Source: Perna viridis
Taxonomy: Eukaryota
Direction of reading: 5' to 3'
Length of the DNA stretch: 64,000 bases
NCBI GenBank assembly: GCA_037379345.1
Contig: CM074516.1
Location: 13,640,001 to 13,704,000 of the forward strand
Shown: positions 27,761 to 39,747 of the stretch, in pieces
How positions within the stretch are numbered: the stretch's first letter is position 1
Layout: every line of letters begins with the position of its first letter
Notes under the pieces: model-generated
Seen by the model: only the letters and a program-made list of their open reading frames with translations
Database searches by the model: none
Told to the model about the DNA's origin: nothing
Program-made: the position numbers and the translations under genes

Positions 27761-30700
27761 GTTTGCACATCATAATTATTACATGTATCACTGTACAGAT
27801 ACTATGAAAGCCAATTAGGGTCAATTTTATGCTGGACTCGTGTCCTCAAATTTTTAAATATTTTCTCCAGTGTAAAATTGACCCAAATATGTTTCCGTAG
27901 TTGCATATAACAGTATACTTACAACAGATTCAAACAATCTCATATATCTTTTTCATTTTTCATTCTAGATCTAATCAATTAATATACGCAAATGTGACAA
28001 TAATTCTTCTTTGAAATATATTTTGTAGCGTTAATTATTGGGAAGGTGTCATTCAGCTGGGTAGCAATGTCCAAAAACCGTTTTAATACGACCGCAAAAT
28101 AAACCGCGGTTGTATGGCGCTGTTGTCGTGATCGTCCAGAGTCTTTGGACATATGGTATTTAAAGTCCAGACACTAATGAGTTTAGTTTAAGTGCAAGGA
28201 CCTCTAATAAATTTGTGGCATACATCTGTATACCACAAATGAAAGTTGTTTTTTTTTTTTGTTTTTTTTTTTTAGGGGGTGTAATTTCAAGCGTTTAGTA
28301 GTAAAGACAAAAAAGGACCAGGAACATGAGGGTCCTTGCTGTCTGGACAATAGAATGGAAGTGTTTGAATCTCTTTGAAACTGTACCTCAAGATGTCATA
28401 CCGTACACGACCGTTTCGGATTAGTTTAAGAATAAGCGGCTACAAAAAGATGCAACAGAAAATTATTCGCAGAGGACCGAACGACACCCTGAGTAAAAGT
28501 ACATGGATCTCTTTTTAACTGTAACACAGTACATACCATTCCATCAGAAAAATGCTGAACATAATTATTATGGCTTGAATCTTATAAACTTTTAAACGTT
28601 TAAACGAATCTGTTCCTGAATTGCGCAGTTGGTGTTTTCAACACTTTTCAGTCACATGCATGCATTTTGTTGTACATGTAACGCTCGATTTTCATTCTTT
28701 TGTTAATTTTAAAAGTTCAATCTATCGCTTACCTCTCTGCACTCAATTATAGAATATAAATAATACAGGGAGCGTTGAACGATATGGTTTCAGTCCCAAA
28801 TTATAAATCTGATTAGAAGGAAAATATTATCTTACAACAAGCAAAATGTAAATCGTATGCATTCTAACGGGTCTTTTTGAAATACTTATTTATTGAGATA
28901 ACTCCACGGATTCTTGCATGCTGCTTTTCAAATAAAAAAAGAAATATATGCGAAGTTATTACCCATGTTTATAGCATTTCAGTATGTAATCCAGCGCAGA
29001 TAAGATAAAACATTTGCAGAATAACTTATTGCTTATTAATCTATCCTTGAGTGGAAATCCTGCACTCTATCAGCAGTATTTAATAACTATACTTCAAGTG
29101 GAGTCATGTTGAGTTATTGCAAATGAGAGCAGTGTCATTACTTTTTCGGTTGATCTATGTGCATGCTCTATGCTCTTTGTCGACAAAGGAAGCCACAAGA
29201 TCAAAACCATGCACAAATGCTGAGCTAATGTTATACATATATAGCCTCAATCAGTGAGGCTTCAGTAATCCTAAGCTTAACCGCGTAATGGTATTTTTTT
29301 CTTAACCCCATGATTTTTAATCATTTTATTTTTTTAACTTCTTGCGTTTAATCAGTGAAATTTTGAAAAATATCAGATGGATCGACTCTTTAGTTAAAAG
29401 AAAGACTTTGACGAGAATAAATTCAAATCATCAGAGATCTTTGAAGAGTATCTTTTACTGTAAACATTACAATACTTCAAAATTTTCCCTCATCACATTA
29501 AAATAAGCACGACTTAAACTCACAGATATCACAAATTAAATAATGAAGTGTTTCATGCTTTTTGTGTAAATTTTCAATTAGTCAGAAATGTGTTTCATCG
29601 AATTATTTTACGAAACGATCGTTGTACATGTATTATAAATTTCTTGTCGATATTTGTAACATTTCGTTATCAATAATTGATCACACAGTATTATGGTTTC
29701 GTTGCAGAAAATCATATGATATATTTACTACAATTTTATAGTGTTACATGTGTAGAGTAATTAGCCTATAAGCAATGTAAGCAATTCAGTTCTCATTTAT
29801 GATAACATAAATACATGTACATATACATGTATATTTGTATCTTCTTCTAGTTATTCCTTTTGTCTTTAAGGTGTAGCTTTAAAACTGTTTTACTTGCAAT
29901 TTGTAAACATTCTGTGTTCAGCTAGGATATGTGAACACACTTAGAAACTTATCTGGATGTGGGTTAACTTTTCATTTTATTGAAGTAAAACGGGACAATT
30001 GTCAAGGGGAAATTGGGCACTTGGATGGAACAAATTGATATTTGTCCCCGTATAATAGGCTTTGGCGGGACAATTTCACTTAGATGGAGGATAACAAGTT
30101 TGTTGAAAGGTGTTGGTACCAGTATATCATTCATATTTTTTCCCAGGACCGAAAGCCCAATTGAGCTATTGCGCCCGTTTTTTTTTTTTTTTTGTTCTCC
30201 TTTTAAATAAGCGTGAAAGCGAACTAAGCTTACAAACTTTGGTCCATGTGTCTATGATATCACAAATAGAAGAGGATCGATTGACATGCCGATTTGAACT
30301 AATAACTTATCAAATTTGGTGTAAACTTATTTTTTCAACCACGATGTACTTTTCAAGTTAAAAAATACACATGTAACAAATTACATTGATGTTCAGGAAT
30401 ATAGACTGACAGTATTGCAACTGTCCGATCCGTATGTTTTGCGGGATACTAAATAGTATGTCAATGGTAGACCTATACATGTACATGTACATATATTCAG
30501 TCAAGTGGATGGAACACACAGTAATATAAAAGGCGGCGACCATTTTTATCCTGAATGGGGCCTATGATTTGATGTCGGATAAGATTTATTTTCTTTGCAA
30601 GCGAAAATTTTTATTTACTTTTCAGCAGCAAACGAAATCAATTGTGTTTTTTTGATTATCTAACAATACAGATTTTCCGAATCATTCATTTGTCTAGTCT

Positions 30701-31014
30701 GATTAAAATAAGATCTTAAAAATTTTACTACATGTGTTCGTTACCTAAATGAAAAATCTGAAATTTACTCATTGGTACCTTCTCTGGTGTATTGTGTGTC
30801 ACGTTAATCCTGGTTACACTGAATGGCGAAGTTAATCTAAGTCTGATTATAATGGGTGGGTGTTAGATCTAGCGTGCCAATAAAGAAATACATTGTTTTC
30901 GTTTCCATGTGAATAAATATATCATAATAACCACCATAGGGATATACATGGAGTCATCAGACTTGGCTGCATAAAACACTTTTAGGAAATCAATCATGTA
31001 CAGATGAGGTCGGT

Positions 31015-31250
31015 TCTAACGTCTCACAAAACTGCCCTAGAAGTGTCAGAAGAACAGTTCTATGACAGATTTAAAACAGTTCTAGAGTCAGATCTACTGA
31101 CAGTTCTAGCAGTAGAACCTACTCCACCAGTGGAGATGTTCTCGTAGAAACGGCATTGCTATAACTATCAAAAGAGCTGGGTATAATAGCAGAAATATTT
31201 TAACTGTCCTAGATCCAGCTCTTCTGACAGTTCACCTGAGAGATTAGAAT
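31015..31250. mobile_element. Shorter inverted copy of the 26308-26778 element, without the expanded array
   Basis: CTCACAAAACT...TGTCAGAAGAACAGTTCTATGACAGAT and GTTCACCTGAGAGATTAGA are reverse complements of the 26 kb ends. Confidence 0.72.
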
Positions 31251-31258
31251 TGCATGAT

Positions 31259-31396
31259 NNNNNNNNNNNNNNNNNNNNNNNNNNNNNNNNNNNNNNNNNN
31301 NNNNNNNNNNNNNNNNNNNNNNNNNNNNNNNNNNNNNNNNNNNNNNNNNNNNNNNNNNNNNNNNNNNNNNNNNNNNNNNNNNNNNNNNNNNNNNNN
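31259..31396. other. Assembly gap (138 N)
   Basis: Run of N. Confidence 1.
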
Positions 31397-31661
31397 TTTG
31401 ACAGGGATTTGCAGACATGTTTCTGATATGAGAATCTTTATGCCACCATTCGGAGATTACTACTTATGAACTATTATACCGATTTTCCCAAAAGCATATT
31501 AGCAGTTTCCAGATTTATAAACCCCATTGCAAATATTTTAATCTCCTTATGTATTGTATTGAAAAGCCATCAGCTGTAATAGTTTATCTGAAAATTCATT
31601 CTTCTCTTTACCTTTTGTTAAATGGTATTCAATATTTCATACAAATGGCAAATGTAGAAAC

Positions 31662-32165
31662 CTTTTATACACCCTACTCATATTGCAATCACCTTGTCCG
31701 TCCGTCCATCCAGTACACGTTTTTCGTAACAGATTTTTGAGCTTCTATTGGATGAATGCTTAGATATTTGTAATGTAGCTTTCTCATGATGACTTGTACC
31801 ATGTCTCCCCTTTTCAGGTTCGTCGCTCATCTATACTTCCTCTTTATTGATCGACTTTGCAGTTTTTAGGTGTTGCATAATGAAATTTTTGTAACAGATT
31901 TCTCAGCTTCTATTACAGGAAATGCTAAGATATTTGGTATATTGCTTCTGCATTGCGTGCAACATCTTGCTTTATTATTGGCCAAAAGTTCTTGAATCCG
32001 CGTGCCTATTCGGCTTATGGTAGTCCAGTATATGGTTGTTGGACCTCTAGCATGCAAATTACTTGCACACCTATTATCTGCTACGAAATGTTCGCCGTTG
32101 CGGGTGGCATATACAAAATAGGTAATTTTCTCTTGACGGCTATAGTGACCAAATATTGTGTTTTC
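31662..32165 (+). mobile_element. Helentron-associated (HINE/pearl-like) non-autonomous element, degenerate
   Basis: TTTTATAC start, GTCC microsatellite (31695-31710), two copies of a ~165-bp core (TTTTCGTAACAGATTT...GCTTCTATT at ~31720 and ~31887); right boundary approximate. Confidence 0.6.
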
Positions 32166-32211
32166 GTTCTGAATGGTGAATAGCCTTAAAGGAGAAGATT
32201 GTAGGGTTTAT

Positions 32212-32433
32212 TTAAGGAGACAGACCTAGCCAGGGTAAAGGACGCAACTTTTACAAATCATTGGAACGTTTGTATTCAGCATTTTATAAATCTCATGTAA
32301 ACATATAAGTAACTTGGACTGATTTCATTGCGTTTCAAATGAAAGCTTGTTAGGCTATGTTGAAATTGAATATCATAGAAGCATATTACTGATTTCAAGA
32401 GTTATGTCCCTTAGCCTAGGTCTACCTAGTTAA
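32212..32433. mobile_element. TTAA-flanked MITE, copy 2
   Basis: Colinear with 22742-22962, TTAA at both ends. Confidence 0.86.
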
Positions 32434-33706
32434 GGTCACTCTGTCAAGAATCTGACGATTTGAGTGTGATGGTGGATATATCGATTGTTTAAGTTTTGAC
32501 CTAGTTTATTGTTGGGGTCCTACTTCGTGTCCGTCCAGACTGTTTCCACTCTTAACCTTTGATAGAACTAGACCAATACTAACCCAGAAGAAAGTTTGCT
32601 ACTTCACCTAATTTCACCTCTCCTGTCCCCTAAATGTGGATGATAAACGTCTAAACCCGACTGAAAAAAGTGAAGTTTAAGAACGAAAACTAAATAGTCT
32701 GTCATGATACAAGCATGCAGTCATGGTTCTTGTAAACCAATTCACTCACCAATTATATAATTCCTTCTTATACGTAATATTTATGTTAATATAACAATTT
32801 TGTAATTAATTTACAACTCGCTGATTACAGCATCTTTGTTAAACCAAGCGAATGTTATGATATATTTTGTAATATCTTCCTCTCCTATAGAGATTCGCAA
32901 TGTTTCTAAAATTAAGAATATGTTCACTCGTGATCAGACGGAATGTTTTGTACATTCAATATACCTATTTGCTGAAAATTCGTCTTGTAAGTGATAACAT
33001 GATTTTGAAAGCTTTCATGGTGCCGAAACATGCCAAAACCTTGTCAAATTGATCCCCTTGGATGCGTCTGTTATGTTTGACAAATACTTACAAATATTTT
33101 GGCAACAATGTAAAAAACAAATTACTGGCACAGTGACAAAATTTAAACCTGTTTTTGTTTAGCAGACGAGAGGTATCAAGCTTATTATTTTTAGACACAC
33201 GCGCAAAATGGCGGTAAAAACTAAAAAATATCAGTTAGTTAGTAGAGCTGGGCAAAATTAGAGTTGTTAAGACAAAAATAATATAACTGATATCGAAAGT
33301 AACGATATATTTGTTTGGGTAATTGTAACGCCTCCTGGTGGGTATGTAGATATAAACTTGCTGTCTATTAGCTTAATTAGTTACCAAGCTTATCGGCACG
33401 TGGAAGATGCATTTATTCTGAATACACAGATATGTTTATATTATATACTGGCAGTCAGCACGTGCACTTTATGGTCGGTGGGGTTCACTTCCTTTGTTTA
33501 TAAATTAATCATAATTTAACTAGTAGTTGAAAGTGAAACACTTAACTGGGTTGATTACTGAGACAATGTACAGAAAAGAGTCTCTTCTGAGAAGATAATT
33601 TGTAAGTGTGCTGTCACTACATGCTTAATAAATATCTTTTATAAGTACTGGTACATTGTACAAAGAGAAGACTTAAAGATGTAAAATGAGAAACGTTTAA
33701 CCGAAA

Positions 33707-33921
33707 TTAAGGAGGCAGACCGATGGTAAGGGACACAACTCTGAAAAATTATTGGAACGTTTGTATTATAGCATTTTACATCAATCTTATGTAAGCATCT
33801 AATTAACTTGGATTCCTTTTATTCGGACGAAAGCTTGAGAGTTTTTGGAGAAATTAAATATGATATAAACATATCACTGATTTCATGAGTTATGTCCCTT
33901 ACCCTAGGTCTATCTCCTTAA
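33707..33921. mobile_element. TTAA-flanked MITE, copy 3
   Basis: Colinear with 22742-22962, TTAA at both ends. Confidence 0.86.
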
Positions 33922-34257
33922 GCACCGTTGGAAAACACGCTTGTTTAACACACTAGCAGGGCAAACGAGGTGGAACAAAATTTGTGACGTGTCTAAACTT
34001 CAAAAGAGCGATCGATGACGTTGTTAACACCTGTGGTCGGGGTGGCTTACATGTGTTAGTTTTTCGTGTTTCTGGCTATGGTGGAAATTTAATTTTTATT
34101 TAGAGAGCCGGCTGAGCCTCAATACCACTTTTAAGGAGTCTAACCCTTTTAGTTTGTGTATACAAATGCGCATTCGAGAGCTATATGGTTCATTAAAATG
34201 CCCAAGGGAAGGTAATTACTATATTTTACAGTACGGGATGTGCCGAAAATATGGGTA

Positions 34258-34523
34258 TGTCGATTGGTGGTTTATACGGTCTTGACTATCCTTGCGGATC
34301 TCGCATGACCGCCCCTTGAGGGAATTGTGTTAGTATATGTCTATAGGTAGTTGGAGGTAGCGAAGCCCAGCCTTCGGGATACCTGACCGAAGAACTGTCA
34401 GAGTATGTCCTACTAGCGGCTAGGCTGCTTTGTTGATGCTCTGGCCTACTCCCAGACCCCACGTGGGTCCGAGAGCGTTTCCTCACTCTAACTGTTTGGG
34501 AGTACGTCAACGTGAAGAGTGAC
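34258..34523 (-). mobile_element. Short structured retroposon, family H copy A (no tRNA head)
   Basis: 9-bp TSD ATATGGGTA (34249-34257 / 34524-34532); colinear homologue at 45986-46244; 3' stem-loop followed by ...CGTATAAACCACCAATC tail. Confidence 0.88.
34432..34523 (-). ncRNA. Candidate HDV-like (nested double pseudoknot) ribozyme-shaped RNA at the 5' end of family H copy A
   Basis: Manual pairing gives P1-P2-P3-L3-P3'-P1'-GG-P4-CAGA-P2' in HDV order; L3 and the first base pair are non-canonical. Confidence 0.4.
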
Positions 34524-37500
34524 ATATGGGTACATGGTTTTCCGCTAGTGATATATAAATTTGATTGTGTAATTTATTGTCAACTATATAAATTCCATAT
34601 GGTTTATAAGCCTATTATGTTATGTTAATAATGACCCTTGAATTACTATAAAGTACATGTAGTAATACAAACAATTTTCAATAAAGATATGAAGGGAACC
34701 AATGCAGCTTCTCTAATTAATCAGAAACTCAGCATGGAACAAAACATACATCCCATTGACTACAAATTACAAATTGATGTCCACTCTAAGTGTACAGATG
34801 AGTGATTAATTCAGTGTTTATATAATCATGGGTCAGGTTTGAGCTTGGAAGTATATAAATATCAGTACTTTTTTTAAAGCGTATTTGGTACACCCCAACC
34901 TTGAAAAATTGGAAGTTACACGTATCCCCCGGCGGGTAAAATGACACCAAAGGTCTTAATGAGTCAGTCTCTGTATGAATTGTGCGAAAACATATGCTCG
35001 TGTTCAGTACCAACAAAATAGAAGTTAAGCTCAATTTTTGTTAGACCATTTTGAGCATTTTGCCATCTCCCTTTATCAAAATTTCGTGACGGGGTATCAC
35101 TTAATGTTCCTTTTATTGCCCTATTTTTGATGATTAAAAAGCGGAACTTAAGATTTATTCATTTGGAGAAACATTTCAGTACAATTTTAGCATTTTTGCG
35201 AAAAGAATTCGTAAAATCTTGGCTCCAATCACTAACAATGAAACAACACATTGCCAAATTGGCTTGGTTTTTTTTCAGGATTTGTTACAGCTAGTTTCTG
35301 TATAAAAGACTATAGTACTTGAGATACCTTGGAGAGTCAATAAGACACCAGTGCAACTAATTCTGTGTAAAGACGTTCAAAAAACGACGCATTTTCATGC
35401 ATTTGGTATGATGTCCAAACCTTGAACTTTGAAACGTAAGATTAAGTGCTCCCCAACAAAGATCTAATAGCATTGCAAGCTATATCTCCATTCAAAAAAT
35501 AAACGAATACAAGTCCCACAAGCCCTTGAAAAAAGTTTTCATGAAACTGGTTAAACTTAACGGAATTAGCGAAGGTCATCAGTGTTTACGTTTTGAAAAA
35601 TGTGCACGAACCGTCACAATAGAGCTACATTAATATTTATATGTATCGTAATGGTGCATTTGTACTGTCGACATGCTACAATTAATATTGTACATTTCTA
35701 TTTTGAAAAGTACAAGTATTTCATTACAAATGAATTTAAAGTTTCATCATGACTATTAAAATGATGACAATTCTACGTGTATCAATATTTTTCTACAGTG
35801 GACGTACATCGATATACACACTGTTGCCCAGGAGTAGACTACTCATTTTTTCAAATGCCGAAAATTATTAAGAGTAGTATCATAGAATGTATACATGTAG
35901 CTGTACAATTTTTCCACGTCCCTTAACATCATTTAGAGCAAGATACTGACTTCAGCAAAATGTTTCTTATTTTGTCTATCATTTACATGTACATGTATTT
36001 TACGTGTATAAATATCATGAATTATCAAGATAAAACTTTAATTTCTACTGCAAGAGAGGTAAAAGTTCATTTAAATTTTTCAAAAACTGCATCGTATGCG
36101 AAAGGTAAAAATGAACTGCCATCGATGGAAGATGGAAGAAATATTTATTGAATTAACGCACAACTCTTAAGTAAAATGATTAATACGATTACTTATCTGG
36201 TAATGAAATAAATGAACATTTGACGCATGAAATTACTGATGCCATGGACTTTCAATTTAATTGGAGGTCTACATATGTACTGATGTAAATTAAATTCGTC
36301 ATTTAAAAAAAAAAACAATTAAACAATAATTTCACACTTACACTGGAATTTGAGATAGTATTAATTATTTTATTTACATTCAATTTCCTTATTGTCAACA
36401 AACAACACATTATCATTCATATAATTTAAAGTCTGTATTTAATTAAATTCGATCACACGTGAAGGTACAAAAAAAATATAGTTGGCCTCGGTTTGACAAA
36501 TATACGTTTTAATTATACAATTTGTTGATTGAAAAGTGAACATCAATTTCGTTCTATATATTTATTTCTTTGTTATTTAAAAGCGTTATTAGCGGTATAT
36601 GAATATTTTCGTCAATAAATTAGAGTTCTTTTCAATTTGACAGGTCCGTTCACTCTATAACGGAGATAATTTCTTTAAATATAGCCTTATTTCAGTTACT
36701 GTCAGTATATACTGGTACATATTGTGTATATCATGTTGAACCGTCTTTATTTTTAACCTTCTGGGCACTGCTTTGAAGCCAAAGTTCAATTGACTATGTT
36801 TTGGCTTTTCGTAAAACATGATAACCGATAACATTATATTCCCCTGTTTTCATTACACACAACTTACAAAATTTATCCGTAATTATAGAAAATGGGAAAA
36901 ATAATGTGATTGTAAAATTTCGGTATAAAACCAGTCAAAAAAATTGAAAGATGGATAAATTCGTGCGTGAGATCTGAAAATATAAGTATTCCATTACGGA
37001 AAGAAGAAAACCAGATGAAGACTTTAAGTTTAAAACACACAAAAAAAAAAATGAAGGATTGAAAAACATCCATGAATTAACCTTCAAATTTGAAGTATAT
37101 CGCCAACTTGCAAAAAAAAAATGGTTTCAATGTACGACTTTCTCATGAAACATTTGGAAAAAAATCCGTAACTCTTTTAAGTATAATATTTAAATACACA
37201 ATGTATACATACGCAGAGAAAGTTTAAAGCTTGGTAGAGATTGTTTATTTTCAATGGATTTATTTGAATTTTAAATTTCTTAATTGAAGCGTTTAAATAA
37301 AAATGCTCATTTATCGAGTTTTACGGATGTTTGCGAAGTATACCTTTATACGAAAGTGTATGACATAGGTAAGTACTGTCGACTCTTCTTGAATGGAGGT
37401 GCTAAAACATGCCATGGGGCGAAAATAAAAGGTTTCGAATTAATTGAGTAATGAAAATGTTTTGTCAGGGTTTTCTCTCACTTTGAGTAGTCTAGTAGTT

Positions 37501-39045
37501 TTTGATGCTTATGAAAACAACGTTATTATTAATATGGGTGGGATATAAATCAGACTATATCATTATACTTACTTATTAATTAGACAGAGTTAACATTTTG
37601 ATAAACAAGGTAAGATCATTTTGATATCAACTAAAGTTAAAATAATATTGTTACTTTTTACCAAGTAAATAAATGCACATTTGCTGTACTTTCCATTTTT
37701 TTAGCCGAAAAATGTGTATGATGTTACGTAATTGAAAGATTAATTTTTTGGGTTACGTACATGTAGTAGATAAATGACGGATGAGCTGCACTTCACATTG
37801 GATTCGCGGCGACAGTGTAATACGTACTACACGTACTAGTTGGAAACTATTGAACTACATGTACATTGTATCTTAGTCCAACAGTATTTCCGAAAAAAAA
37901 ATCTTAGAAACGTCTATTTAAAAATTAAATTGTATGTTTGAAGTCTAAATAATGCAGCAGGTTTCAAAATCTGCACATAGACATACATTTTTACAAACAT
38001 TTGCGTTTCCAATCTATAAAAGGGAGCAATAAATTAATAACATCGAAATTTTCCAACAAAAAAGGAGGAGTTCAGTTGCACAGACATCCCTCCCTCCTGA
38101 ATCCGTCACTGCGTCTAATATACGTAAAATGAACCTAAACGTTTCGTAATTACATAACATAATTTACATGTCAATGATTTTCCTACATGTACAACCCGGC
38201 TGCCATAATTCACGCTTCAGTCCCCATATCTGTTGTTGCACTTCGGCTGCAGCACTACTTGTAAATGTAGCTACATTTGTACCATTTGATAAAATATATA
38301 TTAACATCATATCTATGGGTCATACATCTATGAATACAGTAAGAACTGGTCCGTTCATATTATTTATACAAATAGCAGTAAACGACTAGAAATTCTCGAA
38401 GCACATCAATTTGCAATAATCTTATAAAACATAACTGATTAAAATTAGTTATGAGGGCGAATTCAAGACGAGTGAATTATATTTCTGCATCTGTTGGCAC
38501 GGAATGCCGCAATGCAATTTAAACATGCATGCACATGGATTATTTAATACGGCATGATAATTAATATGCTCCATATATTATCATTTCCTGACTGAATTCA
38601 ATTTTATTTCTGGTGTATGGTTTCAATTTGTCTTCACATAATATACACAAAGCAATTATTTTAACACTAAAAAGGCCACATGGAATAAATTAACTATAAT
38701 CGTACAAATGCACAATTTTTAAAACGTGTTAAATTTGTGCATTAAAGTCCATCATATAATTCGGCATAATATTTCATTCTCAATTTATTTTACACAATAC
38801 TGGGGGTTAAAATCAGATTAAAAACCATTTCAAAGGAGTCGAATTCATACACTGTGTAGGTGCAATATACCTATATGTGAAAATCACAATTAAAGTCTAT
38901 TCAACGTGTATAAACATCTATAAATTATTCCCCGTTTCGTTTTATTATTTGTAATCGTTTACTTAAGTAAATCGCTTCATATTTGTTCGCCTTTTCTACA
39001 CGGGTTAATTGTGGGATATACAAACGGTTAGTGAGTAAGGAGACG

Positions 39046-39320
39046 ATTGTAGGGGGAGGCGTACACATTTTGCTATCAGGACGTTCAGTATCTCGCTAGT
39101 GTGCCATGTGAGACCACGGATTTTGGTAAGGTGTTTCATTTATAGGAGGGGGCGCATTCATTTTGTTGTCAGTCTCTTGCCACCGTGCCATGTGAAACCA
39201 CGAGTATTGGTAGGGAGGGGATTGTGATCTCAATCTACTAGTTGATTTTTTTTATTGTAGGGGGAGGCGCACTCATTTTGTTATCAGCACGTTGCAGTAT
39301 CTCGCTAGTGTGCCATGTGT
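39046..39320. repeat. Three imperfect direct repeats upstream of the GRIK start codon
   Basis: GTAGGGGGAGGCG..CATTTTG.TATCAG..GTGCCATGTG at ~39048, ~39143 and ~39257. Confidence 0.8.
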
Positions 39321-39653
39321 CTGGTGTTTAGTCATTTTGATTAGTAACACACATTAACTCGCTTTCATTATAATCTATTTCAGATATTGCCAAAGGATTT
39401 TTATAACACGCTGAGAGGTGGAAAAAGTTCTTACGCGAAAAGATTTTATTTGGAGTGAACGTTTCTTAGCCAAAAGTCAGGATTTAATTTAATTCCGGAA
39501 ATACATTGCGACGGATAGACGTCTCGTAAATATATTCTTTTAAAGAAGATGTGGTAAACTCACAATGGATTAGTGGTACTTGTGAATTAAGTTGAGAATG
39601 AGATAAGTATGACATTTTCCGTGTAGTGATTTTATTTTCGATTTTCATTAGAA

Positions 39654-39747
39654 ATGGAGACGATGAATGTATTTTTGTTTTTATTATGGATTTACCACCA
39701 TGTAAGCCTCGTATTATCTTCAGCACTTCCAGACACTATTATAATCG
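39654..39747 (+). CDS. Kainate-type iGluR (GRIK-like), first coding exon: signal peptide METMNVFLFLLWIYHHVSLVLSSALPDTIII(G)
   Basis: ATG at 39654, hydrophobic leader, LPDTIIIG like the invertebrate kainate-receptor mature N-terminus, and strong phase-1 donor G|GTAAGT at 39748 that joins the next exon in frame. Not in the ORF track. Confidence 0.8.

Noticed and set aside
31209-31469. ORFs containing X runs
   Set aside because: Artefacts of the N gap.
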